This document shows, in pieces, positions 38,536 through 52,760 of a DNA stretch of 64,000 nucleotides (positions are counted from its first letter, which is position 1; every line of letters begins with the position of its first letter). The notes beneath the pieces were generated by a model that worked only from the letters and a program-made list of their open reading frames with translations, searched no databases and was not told the DNA's origin. The position numbers and the translations under genes are program-made. The DNA is from Felis catus (taxonomy: Eukaryota), in NCBI RefSeq assembly GCF_018350175.1, contig NC_058368.1, positions 93,870,001-93,934,000 of the forward strand, written 5' to 3'.

Positions 38536-41109
38536 GTGGGGGAATCCCAAACATGCCTCAGTCTTGAGCTGCATTAACGAGCTCGTGCATTCTCACGAAC
38601 CACATGCTCCGCACAGCCCCAAGTATGTACCTGCTTCTCAGACATCTGGTAAAATCCACTTGTTCCCACCCCCCTAAAGAGGTAGTAGGAAGGTGCATGT
38701 GTGGATCACCAGGACAGAGCTGAACCAGTCAACTCAGTGGGTTTGCGTGTTCAATCTAATCCTTAGAGAAGTCGGGCTCTGCCTGAGGGGCCACACTCTC
38801 CCCGAGAATAGACTCCATGACTTCCTTACCCTGCCCACACTCTCCACCTATTTTAGATAGTACATGACTCTGACTCACAGAAAAGAGCAAAGAACTGCAT
38901 GATGGTTTGAAAACATGCCTCACACCCACTCCCTTGGGCAAGAACCCAAAAGAACTCAGGCCTCTGGGAGCCAGTGTTGGGGACCGTTTCTTCTTCCAGC
39001 ATTTACAAACAGACCCAATGAGTGAGGTCACCGAAACTGAGCAAGAGACAAGCAAGCATTTGAAGATCTCTCCCAAACGTACAAGTTGAGCACTTGAGCC
39101 AAAATGTGGGGGCCAAAAATAAATAAATAAATAAGTCGTTTCTAGCTTGCTGTCTTCTATGATATAGTTAGCCGTGCCCAGATGCTGTGGGTGGAAAGGA
39201 GCCTAAAAGGGTCCATATCAACAGGGTCCTGAGGCCACCAAGAATGTGCAGTGCAGAACTTTTTTGAAGGGGCCAGTGGCCTCAGGTGATGTCATGGAAA
39301 TGAAGTGCCATACAGTCCAGTGGCCTTCCCTGTAGCATCTTGCCTTTGCTAGGTTAATCCTCGGCTGTGGTCTTAGCGAGAGCTCTTTTGGCAGCCAGAT
39401 CTGAAACCCACTCAAATTTGCTCAGATAAATTTTGTGTTGTGCAGGGGAGCAGGGAGAAGGGAGGACGCTCACTCTCTGTAGGAAAGTGTTAGGGATTCG
39501 GGAACTGCTCATGAACCGGACCTCCTAGGGACAGGAACCAGGGTTCATCAGAAGCCTCCACAGCCAGAACCAGGCTCCTTCTCTTAGTACAGGCTCACTG
39601 GCTCCCCTCCTGCACCACACCTGTAACAGTGGGTCTAAAACAAAAAAATCACTTGAGTCACTCAGACTCGGCACCTGATGAGCAAAGGGAGTGGTAGGGA
39701 CCCTGAGCCACGCATATAAAATTCTCCATTTGTCCTGTCCCCTGTAAGTTTGCTACAGGTTCATTTACTCTAAGCAGAACCCCCATGGACAGCTCCAGAA
39801 TCTGGAGAGTGACTGGAGGTGCTCCTGGATGGACACTCGTGGGAACATGTGTGATCTTTGGATTCATGTCCTAAAAAGTCTGCAAAGTCCCAAATGCACC
39901 TCAAGTCTGGCCTCGGTGCCATCAGCACGCTTGATCTTAGATCGTCACAATTTCCACACAGTTTGCTCTGGAAGCCCACCCATCTTACAATGTGCAAGAG
40001 TCTAGTTTTTCAGCGTTGGCAATCATTTTGAATTGCAAACCCTGCAGGCCAAGCAAAACATGTTGTGCTTCATATGTGTCCCGTGGGCGGCTGGTTTGTG
40101 GCAACTGGTGCCCTGGTGCCTTAGCTTCTGTTCCACATATCTGTTTCCTTATGTTCCTCAACCATATCGGCAAATTCTATCTACGTCTCTGAGTTCAGAA
40201 TCCCTCAAGAGTAATTTCTCTGGTTTCCAGCTGGGTTGGGGGCCATTCCTGGTCCAATCACATGGGGGGTACGATGGTCCTTTCTAGAAGGCAGAGGTGA
40301 GTGGAGTTGTAGGTGACCATTGTTGACATTGCCAGAATTGGTTTCCTCTTTGGATCACGATCTTGAACTGAGAAAGTTCTTACGTGAACTTTCTAATCCT
40401 TCCTATAAGTAAAAGGGATCGGCGATGATCAGGTGCCCAGTGTAAATTTCCCAGCATGCTTTGAGGTGGTGATCTGCCCCTGACAGGGACTGTGACTGGC
40501 ATCTCCACCAATTACTTTCTGGTCAGTTGTTGAGAACTGAGGTGGATATGGGCCATCACCCAAGCTTTTTGTGGGGTCAAGATAGACTCTTTTCTCTGTT
40601 TTTCTTCCTCACATTTACAAATGATACTCGTCCTCCTTTACAACTCTTGCTTGGAAATCGGTCTATGCCTGATGGTTCCTCCTGTAGGAAGAGTTCCAGA
40701 ATATTCTCTCGCCAGTAAGAAAAAGAATTGACAGTCGTCAGTTTCTAAGGAGAGCTAATTGTCTCCACACAGTTCTTACTTTCAGAAATGGTGCAAAGGG
40801 CTGGTGATGGTACATTTCTTTCTGCTTGCTTGGTCTGATCACATAATTTGCGTTCAGATCCAGCTTTTTCCAAGTCTCTGTGACTCCACTCAGTTTGTGT
40901 GTTGCGAAAGACAGCATTGCTCAGTCTGACAAAGATTTCTTTTCAAACATCCCATTTCTGGAAGGCAGCACCAATGTCTGTCACTGTTCTTCCTACCTAC
41001 CCAAGGCGGAGAGTAGAAGAGCCCGCTTGATTTGGGGCTGGAACATCTGAGTTGTGAATCCAGCTCAGTATTTATTGGCTGCTCTGAAACTCTATAAAAA
41101 CAGAGGCAG

Positions 41110-41332
41110 AGGCCCCTGGGTGGCTCAGTCGGTTCAACGTCTGACTCTTGGCTTCGACTCAGGTTACGATCCCATGGTCCACGGGCTCAAGCCCCATATC
41201 GGACTCTGCACTGACAGTGAGGGGCCTGCTTGGGATTCTCTCTCTCTCTCCCTCCCTCCCTCCCTCTCTCTCTCTGCCCCTCCCTCCCTCTCTCTCTCTT
41301 TCTCTAAAAATAGATAAATAAACTTAAAAAAA
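41110..41332 (+). mobile_element. CAN-SINE
   Basis: TSD aaaacagaggca. Confidence 0.94.
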
Positions 41333-41759
41333 AAACAGAGGCAAAAAAGTGGAACAAAAAAGAAACTAGGATGGCTGCTTTAGGTTTGGAAGAGAAAAAG
41401 CTTAGGGAGCCCCTAGGAAAACTTTGGAATTACTTTACCTTTCTGCAGGGAATCCTAGACCAGGAAATCCATCCATGCCTGGAGAATACCCCTAAAAGCA
41501 TGTATATGTTTTCTAGTCCCGATTTATTTTCAACCCCAAATTCAGGATAACAAAATGCCCAAAGACTTTTTGCCCCAAATCCTTTTTTAAGTCTCAAATC
41601 TTTGGTGTGGTCTGGGAGCCTCTAATCTCTAACATATCAAAGAAGAATTATATATTGGGGCTGTAAGGGGAGTCCCCCTTTCCCCTCTCATTTAACACTG
41701 GAAAAAATCATGAAGCACAGAAGTCTACACTGGTGTAGTGGACACTTAATTGTCTGTTG

Positions 41760-42542
41760 ACTCCTTCTCCTGCCCCTGATAACAATATATTGATTTTTCT
41801 TTGAACTTGCACCAGCAGCATTGGCCCCCAACTTATGCCTCTGGCTATAGGCTCAGACACCAGGTCTGGGCCTACAAAATTACAGGGACAGTGATGGGTA
41901 CAGAAATGGTTATGTGTTGGGGTGCCTGGGTAGCTCAGTTGGTTAAGCATCCGACTTTGGCTCGGGTCATGATCTTGGGGTTTGTGAGTTAGAGTCCCAC
42001 ATCAGGCTCTGCTGACAGCTTAGAGCCTGGAGCCTGCTTTGGATTCTGTGTCTCCCTCTCTCTCTGCCCCTCCCCCATTCATGCTCTGTCTCTCTCTCTC
42101 TCTCTCAAACATAAATAAAACATTAAAAAAAAAAAAAAAGAAATGGGCATATGTGTCCCAAACTAAGCATAAAATCAGCCCTGACATTGTTGGAACTATA
42201 CACAAAGAGGTATCTGACACTGGGACTGCTAAACTGGTAGATGGAGCCCTTAGGGTCGATATTTAGCCCCTTGTAGGGAACGCCAGCCTGTGAATGAAAC
42301 TAACACAGAGGAAAGGGAGGGAAGCAGTGACAGTGTCCTTCACCCACTGTTTAAAGCCTTGGATCTGAACAGGCTTGAAATCACCTACCAGCTTTCCAGT
42401 TATACGGATCAATAAATCCCTATTTTTCTTTAAGCCACTTCATGTTGGGCATGCATTTCTGTTTCCTTTTTGATATTTCTTTCTTTATTTATGTATTTAT
42501 GTATTTATTTTGAGAGAGAGAGTGTGAGAGCAGGGGAGGGGC

Positions 42543-42577
<35 letters not shown>

Positions 42578-42752
42578 GAGAATCCCAAGGAGGCTCTGCA
42601 CTGCCAGTGCAGAGCTGGCTGCTGGGCTCGAACCCACGAACTGTGACATCATGATCTGAACCAAAATCAAGAGTCAGACACTCAACCGACTGAGTTACCC
42701 AGGTGCCCCTGGACATGCATTTCTGAACCCGAATGGCTGGGACTAATATACC
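41760..42752 (+). mobile_element. MLT1-like LTR interrupted by two CAN-SINEs (41919-42140 on +, 42470-42709 on -)
   Basis: MLT1 3' motif caataaatccctatttttctttaagccact; SINE TSD tgg(g/a)catgcatttctg. Confidence 0.75.
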
Positions 42753-43929
42753 TGGTCTAGTGACAAATTCCTAGATCTCATAATTCCTACATACTTCTCC
42801 CTCTCTCTTCACTGCTGTGAGACTCCGTCACCTCGTGTTACTCTATGTGAGAATCCATCCCTGGAAGGCACCACTCCTTAGACATGAGTTTTCCTGATCA
42901 TCCCCCAGTAATCCTTTCTGGACCGTGGGGTTGCCAAGGTTCAGATTTTCTCATGAAAGTATGCCGTCCCCTAGAAATAACTGTCCTAAAACGGAAGCAC
43001 CAGCTGAGCTGTTCTTGTGAGCTCCCCAGGGCCATGAGCTCCTTTGGAAACAAATGTCACCTCTCCTGCCATCTGTCTCATGGCGCATGGCTCTCTTCCT
43101 GCAGTCTTCCCGCTGCGTTTCCATCCTGCTCTCTTAAGCAGAGCTCACTTGCTATAAGACAAGAGTCAGGTACGCCTGGCCTTCATTTGAAGCCCGAGTA
43201 AATAAGCTCCAGGACATATGCCAGCTCCCGTCAGAGCCCGCGTGTCCTCGTTCACCAGCAAGAAACAAACAAAACAACTCCTGGTGAAAACTACCTGGAG
43301 GCCACTGAGTGTGACCCGGACCCTGTGTTCAGGCAGAATATCACCATCTGCCCCAGCACAGGTGGACAGAACCCCTAGCTGGCTCAGCACTCCTTCGAGA
43401 GCTTCTTTCCTCCGCTCTGGGCTCCCCCATCCTCCCCGTGGACGCTGGGAAGGTGAGGTCCTTGGAGAGTCTGTAATATCAGACATTCAAGGAGAGGGGA
43501 CAGGAGGAAGGGGAGGGAGAGAAGAATGGGCCACAGAGATGGGAGGCGGACGACAATACCTTCGTTGTAACCATTCAAATTCGTTCAGACGGGAAATCAG
43601 ACTGTGCCTTAGATATTATGACAATGACATTGGAGGAGATCTAATGACTACAAACTCTTCGTGCTGTTAATTTAGGAACTTAGGCTTTGAGCAAATCTAT
43701 GCTACTAGTAATTTTTTTCTTAATGGAGAGGAAGACAGTGGAGAGCAAATTCAATCCATACAAAAATACATTCAGTGACGAGTAAAAGCCTCTTTCCCTT
43801 CAGTTAGCAGGTTTTCATTTCCTCCTAGGAAATATGTATCCACATTTTTATAGTTATTTACACAAAGGAGATCAAAGTACACATGCTTTTTTATAACTTC
43901 CTTGTTTTCAATTAATAATAAGACCCAAT

Positions 43930-44137
43930 GGGGCACCTGGGTAGCTCAGTCAGGTGGGCATCCAACTCTTGATTTCGGCTCAGGTCATGGTCGCGCAGTT
44001 CGTGAGTTCAAGCCCCACATAGGGCACTTCACTACAGTGCAGAGCCTGTTGGGATTCTCTCTCTCCTTCTCTCTCTGCCCCTACTCTGCTTGCTCTCTCT
44101 CTCAAAATAAATAAATACACTTAAAAAAATTTTTTTA
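43930..44137 (+). mobile_element. CAN-SINE
   Basis: TSD taataagacccaa. Confidence 0.94.
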
Positions 44138-44311
44138 ATTAATAAGACCCAAGGCTCTTTCCTAGAAACACAAACAGGCCTAACTCATTCATTGAATGGC
44201 TACCTGCTATCCCACTGAAGGTTCATTCCTGTAACCAGTCCCCATGGGGGCTGTTTGTTTGTTTTGGGTTTTTTTTACAGTGTTTGTTCTTGCAAATGGT
44301 ACTATTTCTTT

Positions 44312-44958
44312 TTTTTTTAAGGATATATTTTTTATTTTTATTTTTTTTAATTATGAAATTTATTGTCAAACTGGTTTCCATACAACACCCAGTGCTCACC
44401 CCAACAGGTGCCCTCCTCAATGCCTATTACCCACTTTCCCCTCTCCCCCAACCCCCCATCCACCCTCAGTTTGTTCTCTGTATTTAAGAGTCTCTTAGGG
44501 TTTGCCTTCCTCCCTCTCTGTTTGTAACTATTTTTTTTCCCCTTCGTTTCCCCCACGGTCTTCTGTTAAATTTCTCAAGATCCACATATGAGTGAAAATA
44601 TATGATATCTGTCCTTCTCTGCCTGACTTATTTCACTCAGCATAATACCTTCCAGGTCCATCCACGTGGCTGCAAATGGCCAGATTTCATTCTTTCTCAT
44701 TGCCAAGTAGTATTCCATTGTGTATATAAACCACATCTTCTTTATCCATTCGTCAGTTGATGGACATTTAGGCTCTTTCCATAATTTGGCTATTGTTGAA
44801 AGCACTGCTATAAACATTGGGGTACAAGTGCCCCTATGCATCAGCACTCCTATATCCCTTGGGTAAATTCCTAGCGGTGCTATTGCTGGGTCATAGGATA
44901 GTTCTATTTTTAATTTTTTCAGGAGCCTCCACACTGTTTTCCAGAGAGGCTGCACTGA
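44312..44958 (-). mobile_element. 5'-truncated felid L1: ORF2 C-terminus, 3'UTR and tail
   Basis: ORF 44575-44955 [41 protein letters not shown] is the L1 ORF2 end; flanking tactatttctttt repeat. Confidence 0.96.
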
Positions 44959-44974
44959 TACTGATACTATTTCT

Positions 44975-45214
44975 TTTCTTTTCTTTTCTTTTCTTTCTTT
45001 TCTTTTCTTTTCTTTTCTCTTAAGTTTATTTATTTATTTGGAGAGAGGGAGAGAGAGCATGAGTGGGGGAAGGGCAGAGAGATGGAGACAGAATTTCAAG
45101 CAGGCTCCACCCTGTCAGTGCAGAGCTTGACGGAGGAACTCAAACTCATGAACCGTGAGCTCATGACCTGAGCCGAGAACAAAAGTCAACCCAACTGAGC
45201 CACCCGGGTGCCCC
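44975..45214 (-). mobile_element. CAN-SINE with (CTTTT)n
   Basis: Reverse SINEC. Confidence 0.92.
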
Positions 45215-45329
45215 AAAGATACTATATCCACAGTTTGAAGTCCTGACTGAAAATGCTCAGTCAATGACTCTATACACTTTACTTTTTGAGAGATGATAGC
45301 GAATAGTGCCTTGTTTATGAACAATAAAC

Positions 45330-45770
45330 AGTCACCTATATCCATCAGCAGTAAGACTCTGCAGGTAACTAAAAACCTAAGGTAACTTTGGCTTAACCAT
45401 ATGAAAGTTCACTCTCACTTTGTTAAACCAGTTCAAAGAGTAATCAGTGACCTAGGCTCCTCCTTGACTCTGCTCTGTCACATAAGGTGTATGGTTTCCA
45501 TCCTCAAACCAACTAAATGGTCCAGCCCGGGTCCTGGGGCTCTGCATTCCAGGCAGCAGGAAAGAGACAGGGAAGAAGAGAGGAGAACCTCTTAGAGGAG
45601 TCATCCCCCCTTACTGCGCCTTCCGGAAAGGCCCCTGTCACATTTCTGCTACATTTCATCGGCCAGAACTAAATCACGTGGCCACACCATGTGTTAAGGA
45701 GGCTGGGAAATGTTTGGGCGGCAGGGAAGCCTGACAAACACTTAAGGTTCAGCTTCTAGGAAGGAAAACA
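45330..45770 (-). mobile_element. MLT1-like LTR
   Basis: ggccagaactaaatcacgtggccacacc..aaggaggctgggaaatgt. Confidence 0.65.
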
Positions 45771-45807
45771 GAAGAGGGGGGCAACTAGCCTCTCCCATGC
45801 ATCATCA

Positions 45808-46484
45808 CGGGCAGACAACAGAGATATGACAGGTTCAATTCCAGACCAACACAATCCAGTGAGAATCGCGATAAAGCAAGCCAAATGAATTTTTTGCTTT
45901 CCCAGGGCCTATAAGTGATGTTTACGCTATACTGTAATTTATTAACTGTGTGATAGCATTGTCTAAAAACAAAGAAACAAAGTACAGGTGCACCTGGATG
46001 GCTCAGTTGGTTAAGCTTCTGACTTCGGCCCAGGTCATGACCTCACAGTTCATGAGTTTGAGCCCCACATCGGGCTTTGCGCTGACAGCAGAGAGCCTGC
46101 TTGGGATTCTCTGTCTCCCTCTCTCTCTGCCCCTCTCCAGTTTGTATGATCTCTCTCTCTCTCTCAAAAATGAACATTAAAAAAAAAGTACATACCTTAA
46201 TTAAAAGTACGTACTTTCTTGCTAAAAATGCCAACTACCATCTGAGCTTTCAGCAAGCTGTAAATCACTGATCACTGATCACCATAACAAATGTAATTGA
46301 CAATGAAAAAGCTTGAAATATTGCAAATTACCAAAATATGACGCAAAGACATGAAGGGAGAAAATGCTGTTGGAAGAACACGGCCAACAGACTTGCTCGA
46401 CGCGGGTGGACACAAACGTTCAACTTGTAAAACAAAAACAAAAACAAACTGGTGTCTACGAAACGCGATAAGGTGATGCCTGTA
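45808..46484. mobile_element. Internally deleted Tigger1-type DNA transposon containing a CAN-SINE (about 45986-46187)
   Basis: Both Tigger1 ends recognisable (ggttcaattccagacc..gataaagcaag; gcgataaggtgatgcctg followed by TA). Confidence 0.85.
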
Positions 46485-47096
46485 CTCATCTTCAATAATT
46501 CCTAAATGCTGCTTCATTTCCATTTTTAGCAGAAAGAGCTGTCTATGTACATCTAAAGCAAACAGTAAAGCTCCTCTACAACCCCCACCCCCTTGCGGCT
46601 GTTTTATGTCCCTATTCACGTGAGCATTTGGATGTCTTCATCCCAGAGTGATAGGAGCCTTCATCCGCATGAGCGGAGCCTACGCGTAGCTCTGAAAAGT
46701 TTCTCTTACGTGGTGCCAGCAGCTGTCATCACAAGGAAAGCCTCGGCTCCGTTCACAATGAACCCCCATGAGACCATCATTCAGCGTTGACAAATTTCAA
46801 CCCAGAGCCCATCCAGTTTCAGTGAACCCCTTCCCTCTCCCCCATATTTTTTGGAGAAAATGCCAATCATATGATTTCATCTGTAAACGTCTCCGCATAG
46901 ATCTCAAAACGATAAGAACGCTAAAGAGAAAACAAAAACACACCACAATGCGATTATCGCATGGAAAAATAACAATTCCTTCATACAAAAAAGTCGATGT
47001 TCAACTTCCCACATCTCGTAACTTTTTAAGTTTGCTTGAATAAAGAATCAAAATAAGATCCCTGCATTCAACTGGCAGATAGGTTTAAGTCTTTTT

Positions 47097-47143
47097 AAAT
47101 GTTTACTTACTTATTTTGAGAGAGAGAGCATGAGCTGGGGAAG

Positions 47144-47225
<82 letters not shown>

Positions 47226-47351
47226 ATCTTAAGCAGGCTCCACACTCAGCATGGAGCCCAACACAGGGCTGGATCCCATGACCCGTGAGATCATGACCAG
47301 AGCCAAAATCAAGAGTCAGACACTCAATTGACTGAGACACCCAGGTGCCCC
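47097..47351 (-). mobile_element. CAN-SINE with long (GA)n
   Basis: Approximate TSD aggtttaagtct. Confidence 0.94.
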
Positions 47352-48164
47352 AGGTTTTAAGTCTCTTTTAACTTGTACATTTCCAGCAGAGCTGCTGGGG
47401 TTTTCCGTCTCTTGTTTTCTTACAGTCAACAGAAATTTATTAGGGAACATTTAAAACACCTATAAGAACCTGCAGGCATTTTGATTTGCAACCAACATTC
47501 TAACTAACACTCGAATCAGACCCCTTGTCTGCATCTCCAGCCCCCACTTTACCCCAGCTGGCCCAGCCACCCACCCTGGTCTGGGCCACCATCATCTCTT
47601 CCTGGACACAGCAATGGTTTCCCAGGCACCCATCCATCCTCCACCTGCCACAAAGTGGATCTTGCACCTCTAGGCTTAAATAGAAAGGGTAAGATAAGAA
47701 AACCATTGATGAAGAACTCATGATATTTGTTTTCCTGTGTTGCTCAAAAACTTGTCTCTGGAAGCAGTTTCCAAATGTGTCTTCCCAAAATATTGAGTGT
47801 TCATTTGAGTATATAATAGCAGATAATCACGTAGGGCAGTGAAGTATTCAGGTGACAGAATCCATTGCCTGTGGTACAGACGGGATCCCTCTGAGTCTTG
47901 GTGCAGACACTCCTTTTGCTAACCTTGGGGTTTCAGGAATGTCCTGGGTCCTGCCAAAGCCCAGTTTCCTGGTTACCATTCTATACCCCTTCCTGTCATA
48001 AGATAGCCCTTTCCTGGTTTGGTTCCTGCCTTCTGGATTTGTCCCTGCTCACATGCTTCAATGTCCCTGCTTTCAACCAGCCTTGGTTGCTAGATTTCAC
48101 TTCCAGTTCCTAGATGCCAGCTAGACCTACCCCCAATGAAAACGGTCATTTCCAGTCGACTCCA

Positions 48165-48172
48165 CACACCCA

Positions 48173-48214
<42 letters not shown>
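48165..48214. repeat. (CA)n microsatellite
   Basis: Visible. Confidence 0.92.
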
Positions 48215-48216
<2 letters not shown>

Positions 48217-48246
48217 CACCACCACCACTAAAAACAAGAGTTCGGA

Positions 48247-48654
48247 GGGGTGCCTGGATGGCTCAGTTGGTTAAGTGTCCCACTCTTGGTTTTGGCTTAG
48301 GCCATGATCTCACAGTTTGTGGGTTTGAGCCCCGTGTTGGTCTTTGCACTGACAATGTGGAGACTGTTTGGGATTCTCTCTTGCCCTCTTCTCTGCCCCT
48401 CCCCTGCTCTCTCTCTTTTTTTCTCTCTCTCAAAATAAACAATAAGTTAGTTGATTTAAAAAAAAAAAAAAAAAAAAACCAAGAGTCAGGAGCACCTGGG
48501 TGGCTCTGTCAGTTGAATGTCTGCCTTTGGCTCAGATCATGATCTCATGGTCGGTGAGTTCGAGTCCTGCATAGGACTCTATGCTCACGGCTTGAAGCCT
48601 GGAGCCTGCTTCAGATTCTGTGTCTCCCTCTCTCTCTCCCCTCCCCTATTCATG

Positions 48655-48690
<36 letters not shown>

Positions 48691-48722
48691 AATGAATAAA
48701 CACTAAAAAAAGTTTTTTGAAA
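48247..48722 (+). mobile_element. Two tandem CAN-SINEs
   Basis: caagagt target motif occurs three times, flanking both elements. Confidence 0.93.
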
Positions 48723-49039
48723 ATCAAGAGTTCAGATAATTTTTCTGTAATTAGCCACAGGAAATTATCACTTTGATCTGTCCTTAAGGAATTACCCACC
48801 TCGTGAGGCAATGCTGCAGGTAAGCGTGTGCAGGATAACGACACCCCTTCCAACAACCTGAGTAGAATAACAGATGCTCCGCCTGGCACGGGGATCTGGT
48901 ATTTGCCCTAACAGAATCCCAGGGAGGTCAAATAATCAGAATTAACTGTACTTATTTATGTATAATCTGTAGTCAAACATAAGCTTGGGACAAACCATAG
49001 TCTTGTTTCATCAGGCTTACTGGATAAATCCTATTTTTT

Positions 49040-49263
49040 AATTTTTTAATTAAAAAATTTTTTTAATGTTTATTTATTTTTGAGAGAGAGGCAGAGTGAG
49101 AGTGGGGGAGGGTTAGAGACAGAGGGAGAGACACAGAATCCACAGCAGGCTCCAGGCTCCGAGCTGTCAGTACAGAGCCCAACGGGGCTTCAACTCATGA
49201 ACCGTGAGATCATGACCTGAGCTGAAGTCCGACGCTCAACCGACTGAGCCATCCAGGCGCCCC
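49040..49263 (-). mobile_element. CAN-SINE
   Basis: Flanking cctattttt repeat. Confidence 0.94.
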
Positions 49264-51062
49264 TATTTTTTTAAATCTTGGGGTTGAATCTGTGCAGTAG
49301 CCAAAGGAGCTCATGGTAACAGGGGGAGGGGTTAGTTTTGAACTTTGAATTCCCTCCACTTACTTCCCCTGCTCTGATCCCAAATGTTCTTGGCGTATCT
49401 GTACCACATCATCTCCCAAAATAATTTTCTCCCCAGGACTCTCTATCCCTGCTCCCATCAATGGAGTAAACCAGTGCCTTCCTAGTGGCCACCCTTCGGC
49501 TGAACTTTCTGCCTTCCAGAAATAGAGCTTGGCTCTAGCCAGCTAAGCCTGGGCCCTGCTAGCTGTCCCAGCAGGGAGGGGCAGGCTGCTGCCACCAAGG
49601 CTTATGTAAGATGGTCCATGTGAGGAGCGGTGCCCAGCAGAAGCAGGTGCCCAGCAGAAGGAGGCCAGGCAGGGCCTCACAGCTGTCCCGGGCACTCTCC
49701 GGTCCCCACCCTGGGAGAGCTACTGGCTGCTCAGAGTGGGTCACTTAATCCGTTGTTATTTTTACTACAGCTCTGGCTGCTATTTTACTGGGGAATCTGA
49801 AGGAAGGCATCCTTCCACCTGCTAAGTGCTGATCAGGAACAACCACCCTTTCGGAGAACAAAGGTCTTGAACTTGCCAGAGAACTAAGACCAAAACCCAG
49901 TTGCGAACAGCACACTTGGAGAGTTGACTATGTTACACGCCCCACGGATGGCAGTTACTCAGGTGCAGAAGCTTCTAACCAAAGGGGTCTCTTTAGTAAG
50001 AGAGAGACCGTCTAGCACTACCCTCCGGTTGAAGGATGTTGGGGTAAGTGTTTGATAGACACGGCCACAGAGGACAGGAAGAGTTAGAGGGACAGCAAAA
50101 ACCCACGCGTCTCAACTACATTTCACACAAAAGGCTTACTATGGAACTGGAAGTCATAGCAAAATTGAGATAGGGGCATAGGTCGTTCTCCTTCTCTGTC
50201 ACATCCCTAGCTCCCGTTAGCGTGGAGAGTCGAGGAAGGTTGTACTACCAACAGATCGCCTTCCAAATGTCAGATCTGGTGAATGGCAGATGTAGTTGTA
50301 AAGCTAGGTGACCAGACGAATACGGTCCACAGATGAATCTGCGCAGCTCTGTGCTGCCGTCCGTTTGTCCATGCTGTCTTTGGTAGGTTATTTTAAAACG
50401 TCGGAAAAGAAAAGGTCATTCACACAGACTTGCAGGCTTGCTGTCACAGGCCGAGCCAGCAGACCTTGCCAAAGGAAACTCTGATCCCAGATCCTTTTCC
50501 CTGCGGGCGCAGATGGCAGCTCTGAGAGCAAGGAACTGGCACCGAGGTCCCGTCACTGGGCATCAGGTGTCTTGAGCATGTTTGGTGACTGGGCAGCTCT
50601 CAGTGGATGCCTTCATCCGCACATGTAGGATGGCTCCTTATATCACATATAATAGCCACATATAGAGAATGAAGGCTTCCTTTTACACACTACTCTTCAG
50701 AAACAACTCTTCACAGGGACCTACAGTTCACTGGGGGGAGAAACTGACAAAGAGGGCTGGAATCCGTGCAGACGGGTGGCTAGCACCTGGCTCCACAGGG
50801 AAATAAAGCTCTGCTTTGCAGTGGTTGTCATTTTCCCTGGTGTTATCACTCCACCTTCGCCAACCTACTCACCTTGGTCAACCTACCCACCTGATTTCAT
50901 CAAACGCAGAGCCGGGAAGAGATGCACGTGGTTGGTTCCTGCAGGTAGGTAGGTGTGAGCCAGTGCAAGCCAGCATCAGGGCACCACCAGCTAGAATGGC
51001 CAGCAGCATATCATCATCTGTCCCATGGAGGACATCTTACTAGACCAGTGCAGAACTACTGT

Positions 51063-51807
51063 TTTTATTTATTTTTTATTTTCATTTTTATTTTTATTTT
51101 TTTATGTTTATTTATTTTTGAAGGAGAGAGACAGAACATGAGTGGGAAGGGGCAGAGAGAGAGGGAGACACAGAATCCGAAGCACGCTGCAGGCTCTGAG
51201 CTGTCAGCACAGAGCCAGACATGGGGCTCGAACTCACAATCTGTGAGATAATAACCTGAGTGAAGTTGGCCACCCAACCAACTGAGCCACCCAGGCACCC
51301 CATCCTATTTTTATTTTACTACAGTTTTGGTGTTAAAAAATTTTTTTTTTTTTAATTTTGAGAGAGACAGAGAGAGGACAAGGAAGCAGGGGAGGGGCAG
51401 AGAGACAGAGAGAGAGGGAGACAGAGAATCCCAAGCAGGCTCAGTGCTGTCTGCTTAGAGCCTGATGCAGGGCTCAAACTCATGAACCTTGAGATCATGA
51501 CCTGAGCCGCACTCAAGAGTTGGTTGCTTAACCAACTGGGCCACCCCAGGTGCCCTTATGGTTTTGGTTTTTTATTTATTTTATTTTATTTATTTATTTT
51601 TTTAATTTTTTTTTTCAACGTTTATTTATTTTTGGGACAGAGAGAGACAGAGCATGAACGGGGGAGAGGGAGACACAGAATTGGAAACAGGCTCCAGGCT
51701 CTGAGCCATCAGCCCAGAGCCCGACGCGGGGCTCGAACTCACGGACCGCGAGATCGTGACCTGGCTGAAGTCGGACGCTTAACCGACTGCGCCACCCAGG
51801 CGCCCCA
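51063..51807 (-). mobile_element. Three CAN-SINEs; the last (about 51570-51807) is a young SINEC_Fc with a short internal deletion
   Basis: Heads end at about 51301, 51555 and 51807. Confidence 0.94.
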
Positions 51808-51871
51808 TATTTATTTTATTTTTTGTTCTTAAAATTTATTCTTTTTATGTTTTTTTATTTTTCATTTATTT

Positions 51872-51937
51872 CATCTTATCATATCATATTGTATCTCATC
51901 TTATCTTATCTTATCTTATCTTATCTTATCTTATCTC
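51872..51937. repeat. (ATCTT)n pentanucleotide repeat
   Basis: Visible. Confidence 0.9.
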
Positions 51938-52014
51938 ACTTTGGGGGTCTGCTGAAGGCCAGACAACTTTGGGCTGACTTGATTAGAATCTGTGGACACA
52001 AGAGAAGCAAAGAG

Positions 52015-52275
52015 CACAGTGATTGAGGACAGGACTTGGGAGTCCAAACAAACCAGGTTCAAAGTCAAATCTATCACAAAGGCAAGCCAGGAGATCTAGG
52101 GTTCCATGACCTAGAATTAGGTTGCTGGACCTCTTCTAACTTCTCCAAATTGGAATCAGATAATAATATAATAAGCTCATTGGGTAGCTTTGAAAGTTAA
52201 ACAAGCAAATGTATGTAAAACACTTAGCTTGGCATCTGGCACAGGGGGCTGTGTAAATAGTGACTATGATTATCG
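52015..52275 (+). mobile_element. MIR SINE
   Basis: ggacttgggagtccaaac..ggttcaaa..atgtatgtaaaacacttagc..tctggcaca. Confidence 0.75.
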
Positions 52276-52760
52276 TTACGGCCGTCAGTTGCCCTGGTTT
52301 CTATCTCGGCACTGTTATGGCCTCACCAGTGAAATGAGATGATCAAAGTGTCTGCGTCTTGTGCAGTGTACCAGGAGCCACCAAACGGGGCTGTCATGTG
52401 TCTCCCAAGGCAAGAGAGTCCCGGGGTGATGTTGGCTGTAGTCCCAGATACAGGCATCTTCTGTTTAGAAGAAATAGCGCAACAGGAATTTCCAGCAGTA
52501 AGGCAGTAAGACCACGCTGTCCAAAAACGGATAGTCTTTGGAAGTAGACCCAGCAGGCTTGGAGTTTCCAAATACCCCACCAAGGAGTTGGCTGCTGGGT
52601 AGGAGCCTTCCCTACATTCACGGGTCCTCCAGCGCTACTCTTTCCCCAACTTCTCTCAGCCCAGACTCTTCCCCCTTCACCCCTGCACTGAAATCCCCCC
52701 AGCTCTGCTTCCTCCTGAGACCAGGCACAGGGGCAGAAACACCTTTCAAAGGGGATCACA

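Noticed and set aside
44575..44955. 126-aa ORF, and likewise 54781-55014, as host genes
   Set aside because: Both are C-terminal fragments of L1 ORF2 in 5'-truncated, non-autonomous copies.
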